In this document: positions 9,842 through 18,528 of the stretch, one piece after another
Position numbering within the stretch: position 1 is the first letter of the stretch
How the letters are laid out: every line of letters starts with the position of its first letter
The notes under the pieces: model-generated
Database searches by the model: none
The model's input: only the letters and a program-made list of their open reading frames with translations
Told to the model about the DNA's origin: nothing
Program-made: the position numbers and the translations under genes
NCBI GenBank assembly: GCA_949878575.1
Contig: CATLAX010000001.1
Location: 320,220-384,219, forward strand
DNA from: an uncultured Alphaproteobacteria bacterium
GTDB lineage: Bacteria > Pseudomonadota > Alphaproteobacteria > Rs-D84
DNA length: 64,000 bases
Reading direction: 5' to 3'

Positions 9842-10917
9842 TGCGGCGTCTGGCGATAATCTTTGCGGTGTTTGTCTTGGCCGGGGCGCCCGCGATGGGG
9901 GCCAGTGAACTGGCCAAAATAAACGCCCAGATTCGCCAGACAGAACAGCAGGACAAAAAACTGTCGCAACAGGTGAAATCGTCTGAGCGTGATGTCGCCG
10001 CCACAAAAAAGAAACTGGTGCGGGCCGCCGACCAGGTCAGCACGCTGGAAGAACAGCGCGGCGCGATTGCAAAAAAAATTACGGAACTGGACAACAAAAT
10101 AGAAGGCCTGTCGGCTGAGATTGAACGCAACCGTGTCCGTATAGCAGAGGCCGCATCCAGTATCCTGTTTGTGGCGTCACACCCCAGTTTCAATACTGAT
10201 GACATGCGGCAATATGCACTGGCATCGGCGGTGTTGTCGGGTGCTGCACAACGTTTTGATGAAGAAATGGAACGGGCCGAGGCACAGATAAAAGAGTTGG
10301 CGGCGGCGCGTGAAGAACGGGCTATTGAAAAAGAAAAACTGGACAGGACGGCGAAAAAATATGCCGCTGAAAAGACCCAGCTGGACAAATTGTTGCGCCA
10401 GCGCGCGGCCCAGAATGAAAAACTGAAAAACCAGCAGGCGGCGGTTCGGAAAAAATTGCGCGAACTATCCGCCCGTGCAAAAAATATATCAGAGTTGTCC
10501 GCAGGTGTCGGGAGTTCAAAGATGTCGGGTGATGCAAGATTTTCACGACGCAAATTAAATCCGCCGGTGCGTGGGCGTCTGGTCGTGCGGTTTGGTGAAA
10601 AAACGGCGCTGGGGTTGAATTCCGACGGGTGGCGCATCCGCACGCGCGGTGACGCGCTGGTCATGGCGCCCGCGGATGGCGAGGTTAAGTTTGCAGACAG
10701 TTTTAAAGGATTTGGAAAGGTCATAATCATGTCCCACAAAAACGGATACAATACTGTCTTGACCAATTTGGGACAGATTGACGCCGTGGTTGGCCAAGAG
10801 GTTTTGGCCGGCGAGCCGGTCGGGCGCATGGATCCGAACAAGCCTGAAATGTATCTGGAGGTGCGGCGCGGCAACAAGGCTGTGAACCCGGAAAACATAT
10901 TTAAAGAACCGGAATAG
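9841..10917 (+). CDS. Coiled-coil M23/LytM-domain protein (EnvC-like murein hydrolase activator)
   Basis: Signal peptide, a long coiled-coil (EQQDKKLSQQVK...), and a C-terminal LytM-like domain (...MSHKNGYNTVLTNLGQI...EPVGRM...). Confidence 0.7.
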   Translation: MRRLAIIFAVFVLAGAPAMGASELAKINAQIRQTEQQDKKLSQQVKSSERDVAATKKKLVRAADQVSTLEEQRGAIAKKITELDNKIEGLSAEIERNRVRIAEAASSILFVASHPSFNTDDMRQYALASAVLSGAAQRFDEEMERAEAQIKELAAAREERAIEKEKLDRTAKKYAAEKTQLDKLLRQRAAQNEKLKNQQAAVRKKLRELSARAKNISELSAGVGSSKMSGDARFSRRKLNPPVRGRLVVRFGEKTALGLNSDGWRIRTRGDALVMAPADGEVKFADSFKGFGKVIIMSHKNGYNTVLTNLGQIDAVVGQEVLAGEPVGRMDPNKPEMYLEVRRGNKAVNPENIFKEPE

Positions 10918-10982
10918 ATTTGACAAAATATTGAATTTGTGTTATATTTGTTAATAAAGACTGTCTTTTAAAAGGGTAAAAG

Positions 10983-11900
10983 ATGAAAGATATTAATGAA
11001 TTGACGCATGGTCGTGAATCTTATGTCATGTATTATGGCGATTATGTTTTAAAGCGCCCGCTGCCGACGCTGGGGGAAGACGCGCGTCAAAAATGGCTTG
11101 AAAAACAGCACAGGACAAAGGATGTGGTTGATTCCATCCGTGCCGTAAACAACCCTGTTTATCATATCCCGCGCATGACATTTATAAACGACCAGGAATA
11201 TCAGATTCTGGAAGAACGCGCCGTCGGACAGCCTTTGACCGCCGCGCTGTTTGAAAAATTAACCCGCCGTCAAAAGGCCGAGGTTGTTATTAGTATCGCG
11301 AACTTTCTGGTTGATATGAATGAATCCCGCCCGGTAGAGGACTGGCGGCGTCATAAAATATCTGATGAATTGAAGTTTGCGCGTCTGGAAAATTTTGTCG
11401 GGAACAAAATGGCGCGCTGGTTTACTGATGGCGAAGTGCGGTATATGTCACAAATTCGCGATGAAATAGGAACTTTTGAATACGACACCCGGCCGGTATG
11501 GTCGCATTGTGATTTGAATTCCGGAAACGTTCTGTACGACAGCGACAACAGCCGTCTGTTCGTTATTGATTTTGCAGAGGCGAATTACAGATTCATCTAT
11601 CGTGACATATTTTCCTCTGTTGCAATGGAACTGGGCATTGGTGCGCAGATTTATGAAGAATATGCAAAGATTCATAATGACGCCCTGTATGATATTCCGT
11701 CACCGGATGATAAAAATTTGAAAAATATTATGAAATATCGCTTAATGACCGTATTGTTGCGGCGCTTTATAAAGGCGGCGGATGATTTGCGTGCGAATCC
11801 CGCGAATGAAAAAAGTGTTAAAAACAATGAAAACAAGGTCATTTTCATGCGCGAAACAATGAAACAGATAAAAGAGCTGGAAGCGGCGATGGCCAAATAG
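10983..11900 (+). CDS. Phosphotransferase-family protein (APH/choline-kinase fold), predicted active
   Basis: HCDLNSGNVLYD catalytic loop and VIDFAEANY (DFG-like). Confidence 0.6.
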   Translation: MKDINELTHGRESYVMYYGDYVLKRPLPTLGEDARQKWLEKQHRTKDVVDSIRAVNNPVYHIPRMTFINDQEYQILEERAVGQPLTAALFEKLTRRQKAEVVISIANFLVDMNESRPVEDWRRHKISDELKFARLENFVGNKMARWFTDGEVRYMSQIRDEIGTFEYDTRPVWSHCDLNSGNVLYDSDNSRLFVIDFAEANYRFIYRDIFSSVAMELGIGAQIYEEYAKIHNDALYDIPSPDDKNLKNIMKYRLMTVLLRRFIKAADDLRANPANEKSVKNNENKVIFMRETMKQIKELEAAMAK

Positions 11901-11920
11901 CCGATTAATGGCCGAACAAT

Positions 11921-11950
11921 AAAAAATCCCCGAAAACGGGGATTTTTTGT
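11921..11950. terminator. Bidirectional intrinsic terminator between convergent genes
   Basis: aaaaaatccccgaaaacggggattttttg. Confidence 0.7.
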
Positions 11951-11954
11951 CGCC

Positions 11955-12686
11955 TTATATTCTGGACTTTTTTAATGTTTTCAAGATTTCTTTCTGGGTC
12001 CGCAACAGCGTTTCCGACATATAGCCGGTGTATTCTTTGGTGTGGCCGTTCGCCATGGCGGTAATCGCCTCGCGATACTTTTGTTTGTCGGACGGCTTGT
12101 TGAACGTAATGGGACGGAATCCGCCCTGGATTAAAACCCAGTTCATGACCAGACGCGCAGTGCGCTTGTTGAAATCATCAAACGGCTGCAGTGCGATAAG
12201 ATCGTAATGGATGTTAAACGCGCGTGTTAAAACATCGCTTTTGTCGTTATGCAGGCGGTAGAGTATGTCATTTAACTGCGGCTCTATCTGGGTGTAATCC
12301 GGCGCATGCATGCGTCCGCCGTTTACAGTTATCTCTATTATTTTGTCGCTGGTACGGAACAGACCGCCCGTTATGTGCGTGCCGCTGCACAAAATGCTGT
12401 GCAGTTTGCGGATTGCGCCCGCATCAATCGGTGTGTCCGGATTGCTGATGATGTAATCGTATGCCGCACCCAGATTCGCCATGTTTGTGTGATCCAGAAA
12501 CGGCGCCTGGTCCCGCTTTGACATGTGAAACAATGTGCGCGGTTCTTCATATGATATTTGATGGCGCAGCCAGTTTAGATTGTTCAGACGCTTGTATGAA
12601 TCAGCCCCGCTTATCATTTTTGAAATGGCGTCGCGATTTTGAGCTATCTGGTCTCTTATCTTCTTCTTTTTCTGTTCTTGTGTCAT
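11955..12686 (-). CDS. Fic/DOC family protein with a degenerate active-site motif
   Basis: The Fic-fold region carries QPFDDFNKRTAR at the position of the canonical HPFx(D/E)GNGRxxR, so the catalytic His is replaced by Gln and both Gly are lost. Confidence 0.65.
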   Translation of the reverse strand: MTQEQKKKKIRDQIAQNRDAISKMISGADSYKRLNNLNWLRHQISYEEPRTLFHMSKRDQAPFLDHTNMANLGAAYDYIISNPDTPIDAGAIRKLHSILCSGTHITGGLFRTSDKIIEITVNGGRMHAPDYTQIEPQLNDILYRLHNDKSDVLTRAFNIHYDLIALQPFDDFNKRTARLVMNWVLIQGGFRPITFNKPSDKQKYREAITAMANGHTKEYTGYMSETLLRTQKEILKTLKKSRI

Positions 12687-12856
12687 CTGTTGCCTCTTTC
12701 TCTTGTAAATATAAGTTCTTAAAATTATTTTGTCAAGTTTTTGAAATTAAAATCTTAAAATTAGTAAAAAAACATGCTTGCGGTCCGCACCTTTTTGTTT
12801 TATTCTAAATTGATGTAATTTTATATTGCCGTTATGGGGTAAAGGAAGGGGATAAT

Positions 12857-14332
12857 ATGCTTAAAAAACTGTTGGTTTTACTGGTATTTGCAATGCCCGT
12901 GGCCGGTATTTGCGCACCGGGGGGCAAAAAAAAGGAAGAACCCGTAGTACATTTGACCGACGAACAGATTTATGAAGAGCTGAAAAAACTGGCCCTGGTG
13001 TTTGAGGTGGCCCGTGACAATTTCGTAGAAGAAGCGGACGAGAAAAAAATGCTGGAAGGGGCGATGAACGGTATGCTGGGTGCGCTGGACCCGCATTCTT
13101 CGTACCTGTCGGCGGATGATTTTAAGGATTTTAACGACAAATCACACGGGGAATTCGGGGGGCTTGGAATTCAAATTACCAGTGACCGCGGCGCCGTGCG
13201 CGTTATTGCGCCCATTGACGACACGCCTGCGGAAAAGGCCGGGATAAAGGCCGGCGATTACATAACGCATATTGACGACGAACAGGTTTTTGACCTAACC
13301 CTGAATCAGGCAACCCAGAAAATGAAGGGGCGGCCCGGCACAAAGGTTAAATTAAAGGTCGTATCCGACGGCGAAGAACCGCGTGACATAACCCTAAAAC
13401 GTGCAATTATTAAGGTAAAATCAGTTAAGTATGAGGATAAAAGTCTGGCGGATGACGATTCTGAGACGCCGGATAAAATCGGATATCTGCGCATATCTGA
13501 TTTCGGCGCCACAACGACCAAGGAATTAAAAGAGGCGATTGCCGCGCTGGAAAAGAAAAATGTTATCGGATATGTTGTTGACGTGCGAAACAATCCTGGC
13601 GGATACCTGACGGCGGCAATAGATGTTTCTGACGCGTTTTTGGATGGCGGTGAAATTGTTTCCACCCGCGGCAAGGACAAGGCGGATATAGAACGGGCCT
13701 TTGCGACACCCGGCGATTTAACAGGGGGCAAGCCTGTTGTGGTTCTTATCAATCACGGTTCTGCATCCGCGTCGGAAATTGTTGCCGGCGCCTTACAGGA
13801 TAACGGGCGCGCACTGGTCATGGGGTCTCAATCGTTCGGCAAGGGCAGCGTGCAACAGCAAAAGCCGCTGGGCGACGGCACGGCCATACATATAACCATA
13901 GCGCGTTATTACACGCCGTCCGGTCGTTCCATTCAAAACGAGGGGATTACCCCGGATATAGAGGTTCTGCACAGCAAGGTTGAAGTGCTGGAGAAAAAAG
14001 AAAGCATGTATTCTGAGGCGTCTTTTAAAAATTCGTTGAAAAACGAAATGGCCAAAAAGAAAGCCGATAAAAAGGACAAGGATGGAGATGAAGACGATGC
14101 GGAATTGACGGACGAGGAAAAAGACGCGTTGGATTATCAGTTGCAGCGAGCCATGGACATGGTGCGCGCCATGGCAAAGTTGAAAGAGCGTGCGCCTGTC
14201 GCCGCGGCGGAGCTTGAAGAAAACATGACGCCAACCGGTATTTCGCCCGCGCCTAAAAAAGACCAGACGGCGCCCGCAGTGGATGACAACATACGTGCGA
14301 ACAATACGGATTCCGAATCAAAAAAGAAATAA
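12857..14332 (+). CDS. ctpA: Carboxyl-terminal processing protease (S41 family, PDZ domain)
   Basis: Signal peptide, a PDZ region (GGLGIQITSDRGAVRVIAPIDDTPAEKAGIKAGDYI), the S41 catalytic region (INHGSASASEIVAGALQDNGRALVMGSQSFGKGSVQ), and an acidic C-terminal tail. Confidence 0.85.
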   Translation: MLKKLLVLLVFAMPVAGICAPGGKKKEEPVVHLTDEQIYEELKKLALVFEVARDNFVEEADEKKMLEGAMNGMLGALDPHSSYLSADDFKDFNDKSHGEFGGLGIQITSDRGAVRVIAPIDDTPAEKAGIKAGDYITHIDDEQVFDLTLNQATQKMKGRPGTKVKLKVVSDGEEPRDITLKRAIIKVKSVKYEDKSLADDDSETPDKIGYLRISDFGATTTKELKEAIAALEKKNVIGYVVDVRNNPGGYLTAAIDVSDAFLDGGEIVSTRGKDKADIERAFATPGDLTGGKPVVVLINHGSASASEIVAGALQDNGRALVMGSQSFGKGSVQQQKPLGDGTAIHITIARYYTPSGRSIQNEGITPDIEVLHSKVEVLEKKESMYSEASFKNSLKNEMAKKKADKKDKDGDEDDAELTDEEKDALDYQLQRAMDMVRAMAKLKERAPVAAAELEENMTPTGISPAPKKDQTAPAVDDNIRANNTDSESKKK

Positions 14333-14360
14333 AAACGGGGGGCGTCCCCCGTTTTTATTA
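14333..14360 (+). terminator. Intrinsic terminator after ctpA
   Basis: aaaaacggggggcgtcccccgtttttatt. Confidence 0.7.
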
Positions 14361-14431
14361 AAACTTGCCTTAATGGGATTTTAGAGGTATTATTTGCCTT
14401 GTGTAAATTATTTATTGCAAGGAAAGATAAT

Positions 14432-17400
14432 ATGTCAAATTTGATTGTGGATGGAAACTGGGCTGCGGCGGATGTCGCATACAGATGCGTTGATTTTGCG
14501 GCGATTTATCCCATTACCCCCAGCAGTACTATGGGCGAACTGGCCGATGAATGGTCGTTTCAGCACAAGAAAAACATTTGGGGCGCAACGCCGCAGATTA
14601 TAGAGATGCAGTCAGAGGCCGGCGCCGCCGGCGCGATGCATGGCGCGTTGCAGATGGGGGCGCTGGCGACGACGTTCACCGCATCCCAGGGATTGCTGTT
14701 GATGATTCCGAACATGTACAAGATTGCGGGCGAACAGACACCGTTTGTCATGCATGTTGCGGCGCGCGCGGTTGCGACGCACGCATTGTCAATCTTTGGC
14801 GATCACAGCGACGTAATGGCCGTCCGCCAGACAGGCTTTGCTTTGCTGTCCAGCCACAATGTTCAACAGGCGTCCGATATGGCGGCGATTGCGCATGCGG
14901 CGACGCTGCGCGCGCGCGTGCCTTTCCTGCATTTCTTTGACGGTTTCCGTACCAGTCACGAAGAATCGCGCCTGACGCGCGTGCCGGACGATGTGCTGCA
15001 TGAAATGATTCCGGATGCGCTTGTGTTGGAAAACCGTGCGCGCGGCATGACGCCGGATGCGCCGACCGTACGCGGAACCGCACAAAATCCCGATGTGTAT
15101 TTCCAAGGACGCGAGGCGGCAAATCCCTTATATGCAAAAACGCCTGAGATCGTACAGGAATGTATGGATAAATTCGCCAAACTGACGGGGCGTGCGTATC
15201 ACCTGGTGGATTATGTTGGCGATCCAAATGCAGAGAATGTTGTTGTCGCCATGGGAAGTGCGTGCGAAACAATAGAAGAAACACTGGCGCATTTGCCGGC
15301 GGGCCTGGGGCTGTTAAAGGTTCATTTATACCGTCCGTTCCCGCGGGATGCGTTTTTGGCGGCGCTGCCCAAAACGGTGAAACGCATCGCTGTTCTGGAT
15401 CGCACAAAAGAGCCGGGCGCCCTGGGCGAACCGCTGTATCAGGATGTAAAGACGGTTGTCGGCGACGCGGCCGATGTATTCGGCGGACGCTATGGTCTGG
15501 GGTCCAAAGAATTTAAGCCCCGTGATGTCAAGGCGGTGTATGAAAATCTGATGCGCGGTGACCTGAAACACAATTTCACCGTCGGGATAGATGATGATTT
15601 AACAAATCTGTCCTTAAAGACTGATCCGGCGTTTGCGGTTGAAGACCCGAATTTCAAAACGGCGATATTATACGGCATCGGTTCTGACGGAACGGTCGGC
15701 GCGGTTAAAAATATTGTAAAAATCGTGGGTGAAAATTCCGACCTGTACCCCCAGTCGTATGCGGTTTATGATTCAAAAAAATCAGGCGGGCTTACCGCGT
15801 CGCATATCCGCTTTTCCGATGCGCCGATAAAAAGCCAGTATCTGATAGAGGTGGCGGATTTCATCAGTGTGTCAAACTTTATGATTGCACAGCGTTTTGA
15901 CGTTTTCCGCGGTCTGCGGGCGGGCGGCACGGTAATGATTAACACGTCAATGGCGCCGGATGTGGCATTTGCAAACCTGCCGCGAGAGGCCCAGGAACAT
16001 TTGATAAGAATGCGTGCAAACGTATATTTCCTGGATGCCAACCGTGCGGCGCGTGATTTGGGCCTGGGGAACAGAATCAATACGTTTATAATGTTGAATT
16101 TCTTTAATTTGACGCGTGTGATTGACCCGGCGGTTGCGGCCGCGTCCGCCAAAATAGCGATAGAAAAAACGTATAAGAAAAAAGGCATGGATATTGTAGA
16201 GGCCAACTGGGCCGCGGTTGACCGGGCGTCGGAATTCTTGCACCGGTACACCTTGCCGTCGTCTGTTTCAAATTTTGCACCTGATTTTGTTCCCGCAATG
16301 ACTGCGGATGCGCCGGCGGAAATTGCCGGCACACTGGGCGAGATTGCCGCCCAGCGCGGCGACGCCATCCCCGTATCGCGGTTCCGTGTTGACGGTGCGT
16401 TTGGCGGCGGCCAGTATCCGGTCGGCACGGCAAAATATGAAAAGCGTGCGATTTCGGAAATGGTTGCCACATGCGATTTGGACAAATGTATTCAGTGCGG
16501 AAAATGCGCAATGCTGTGTCCGCATGCGGCGATACGGATAAAGGCCATGACCGCGGACCAGGCGGACCAGGCGCGCAGTGCCGGCATAATCGTTGTTCCG
16601 ATGAAAACGCCGGAACTGGGGCCGGATATGTATTTTACGTTGAATATTTCCGCGGCGGACTGTACGGGATGCAACATATGCGTAAACAACTGTCCGGTGC
16701 ACGCATTGGCGTTAAAGGCCGCGGCAGAGGTTGGCGCGCAAAATCAGGCGCGCTTTGACGCGGCGGAAAAGTTGCCGGATTTCCCGCAGGAAAAATTGAA
16801 TTTGAACTTGCCAAAGCATGTAGAATTGCTGCCGCATTATTTTGAATTCCCGGGTGCGTGTGCGGGATGCGGTGAAACACCGTATGTCCGTATGCTGTCC
16901 AGTCTGTTTGGCGACCGCATGGTTGTGGCGAATGCGACGGGATGTTCGTCTATTTACGGGGCAAACCTGCCGACAACGCCGTGGACAAAAGATTCAAACG
17001 GCCGCGGGCCGGCATGGTCAAATTCTCTGTTTGAAGACAATGCCGAATATGGTCTGGGGATGAGACTGGCCCTGAACCAAAAGCGGGACACATTAAAAAG
17101 TCTGCTGTTTGAGCTGGGCTTTGATAATGTGGAGGAAATGTTTGACGGCGATGCGGCCGCGTCGCGCAAGGCGGAGGCGGATGTTCGCGCGAAACTGGCC
17201 AAAATGGACGGGCCGCGGGCGCGTCTGGCGGAAAGTCTGGTCGGCGAGCTTGTTAACAAATCCGTATGGATTATCGGTGGTGACGGATGGGCGTATGACA
17301 TTGGTTACGGCGGTCTGGATCATGTCTTGCACAGTGGCGAAAATGTAAACATTTTGGTGCTGGACACAGAGGGGTATTCCAACACCGGCGGCCAGCAGTC

Positions 17401-17938
17401 AAAATCAACCCCGTTCGGCGCCAGCATGAAATTTGCCATCGGCGGCAAAGAGCATGCAAAGAAAGATTTGGGCATGATTGCGATGATGTCGGGCGCATAC
17501 GTCGCGCAGATCGCCATGGGGGCAAATCAGGTGCAGGCGCTGCGCGCCCTGCGCGAGGCGGAAAGTTTCCCCGGGCCGTCAATTATTCTGGCGTATGCGC
17601 CGTGTATTGCGCACGGGTTTGCGTTGCAGAACGGCCCGCAGCATCAGACGGCGATGGTAAACACCGGCGCATGGCCGCTGTACCGGTTTGATCCGCGCCG
17701 CATAGAGCAGGGGGAAAATCCGCTGATGATGGATTCGCCGACGGCCACGACGATTGCGTTGGAAGATTTTCTGAAAACGGAATCCCGTTTTGGCGCGGCG
17801 CGTGCAAACAATCCGCATTTTGACGCTTTGGTTGAAATGGCAAAGGCAAACAATCAGTACAAGACTGAGTTGAAAAAATACATCGCCCAGTTTGCGATGC
17901 ATGATATGCCAAACAAAAAGCGCAACGGAGAGGGTTAA
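14432..17938 (+). CDS. nifJ: Pyruvate:ferredoxin (flavodoxin) oxidoreductase, single-chain NifJ type
   Basis: 1169 aa. Two 4Fe-4S ferredoxin motifs (CIQCGKCAMLCP, CTGCNICVNNCP) and a TPP-binding region (GGDGWAYDIGYGGLDH). The start is taken at MSNLIVDG. Confidence 0.9.
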   Translation: MSNLIVDGNWAAADVAYRCVDFAAIYPITPSSTMGELADEWSFQHKKNIWGATPQIIEMQSEAGAAGAMHGALQMGALATTFTASQGLLLMIPNMYKIAGEQTPFVMHVAARAVATHALSIFGDHSDVMAVRQTGFALLSSHNVQQASDMAAIAHAATLRARVPFLHFFDGFRTSHEESRLTRVPDDVLHEMIPDALVLENRARGMTPDAPTVRGTAQNPDVYFQGREAANPLYAKTPEIVQECMDKFAKLTGRAYHLVDYVGDPNAENVVVAMGSACETIEETLAHLPAGLGLLKVHLYRPFPRDAFLAALPKTVKRIAVLDRTKEPGALGEPLYQDVKTVVGDAADVFGGRYGLGSKEFKPRDVKAVYENLMRGDLKHNFTVGIDDDLTNLSLKTDPAFAVEDPNFKTAILYGIGSDGTVGAVKNIVKIVGENSDLYPQSYAVYDSKKSGGLTASHIRFSDAPIKSQYLIEVADFISVSNFMIAQRFDVFRGLRAGGTVMINTSMAPDVAFANLPREAQEHLIRMRANVYFLDANRAARDLGLGNRINTFIMLNFFNLTRVIDPAVAAASAKIAIEKTYKKKGMDIVEANWAAVDRASEFLHRYTLPSSVSNFAPDFVPAMTADAPAEIAGTLGEIAAQRGDAIPVSRFRVDGAFGGGQYPVGTAKYEKRAISEMVATCDLDKCIQCGKCAMLCPHAAIRIKAMTADQADQARSAGIIVVPMKTPELGPDMYFTLNISAADCTGCNICVNNCPVHALALKAAAEVGAQNQARFDAAEKLPDFPQEKLNLNLPKHVELLPHYFEFPGACAGCGETPYVRMLSSLFGDRMVVANATGCSSIYGANLPTTPWTKDSNGRGPAWSNSLFEDNAEYGLGMRLALNQKRDTLKSLLFELGFDNVEEMFDGDAAASRKAEADVRAKLAKMDGPRARLAESLVGELVNKSVWIIGGDGWAYDIGYGGLDHVLHSGENVNILVLDTEGYSNTGGQQSKSTPFGASMKFAIGGKEHAKKDLGMIAMMSGAYVAQIAMGANQVQALRALREAESFPGPSIILAYAPCIAHGFALQNGPQHQTAMVNTGAWPLYRFDPRRIEQGENPLMMDSPTATTIALEDFLKTESRFGAARANNPHFDALVEMAKANNQYKTELKKYIAQFAMHDMPNKKRNGEG

Positions 17939-17946
17939 ACGTCAAA

Positions 17947-17978
17947 TGAAAATCCCGCCAAACGGCGGGATTTTCTTT
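17947..17978 (+). terminator. Intrinsic terminator after PFOR
   Basis: aaatcccgccaaacggcgggattttctttg. Confidence 0.65.
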
Positions 17979-18069
17979 GCAATGTGCTCTTTTTATGCTA
18001 TAATTCATAATGCATCGGGTGACGCCCGGTGCGGGGTGTAGTAACCTCGTGTAGTTTTTTCTCCAACCC

Positions 18070-18135
18070 GGTTGGAGGGCTGTGATATATTTGAATAAGC
18101 AGCACTATTGCTACAGTAGTTACTAACCTCCAACC
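18070..18135 (-). repeat. Hairpin repeat element, copy 4 (inverted orientation)
   Basis: The reverse complement reads ggttggagg ttagtaactactgtagcaatagtgctgc ttattcaaatatatcacag ccctccaacc. It lies just upstream of XRE gene 18189. Confidence 0.8.
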
Positions 18136-18188
18136 GCCCATTCGTCACGGGCGGTGTTTTTAATTAAAAAAACAATGGAGTGTAAACT

Positions 18189-18500
18189 ATGAAAACACAA
18201 TTGAACAAGCGTCCGGCCGACCCGGCACGTCGTATAAAGGTACATCCTGTTATTGCGAAAAGATTTTCACACAGTCTGCCGCCGAATGTTTTGCTGTTTC
18301 GGGCGCGTCAAATGATGGGCGTATCGCGGCAGCTGTTGGCCGAAGAAATGGGAATTTCACGGGCTTTGTTACGTAAATATGAATGCAGTGAGGTAAAAAT
18401 ACCGGCAAGTTTTCTGTTAAAGATTTTTATGTTTGGTCTGGATTTTTGGACTGACGGAATTTACTGGAATATTGATGGTTCGGAACAAACACAGAAATAA
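18189..18500 (+). CDS. XRE-family HTH transcriptional regulator (small)
   Basis: HTH segment RARQMMGVSRQLLAEEMGISRALLRKYE. Confidence 0.6.
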   Translation: MKTQLNKRPADPARRIKVHPVIAKRFSHSLPPNVLLFRARQMMGVSRQLLAEEMGISRALLRKYECSEVKIPASFLLKIFMFGLDFWTDGIYWNIDGSEQTQK

Positions 18501-18502
18501 CA

Positions 18503-18528
18503 AAACGGCCCCGTGGGGCCGTTTTATT
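18503..18528. terminator. Bidirectional terminator shared by convergent genes
   Basis: aaacggccccgtggggccgttttattt. Confidence 0.7.

Noticed and set aside
9792-10898. 368-aa minus-strand ORF
   Set aside because: It is antisense to the EnvC-like M23 gene and to the tyrS 3' end. It has a Ser/Ala-rich low-complexity composition, no start context and no domain signal.
14748-17902. Numerous minus-strand ORFs inside the PFOR gene (e.g. 14748..15407, 15766..16485, 17583..18008)
   Set aside because: They are antisense to a very well supported 1169-aa gene and arise from GC-rich third-position bias.
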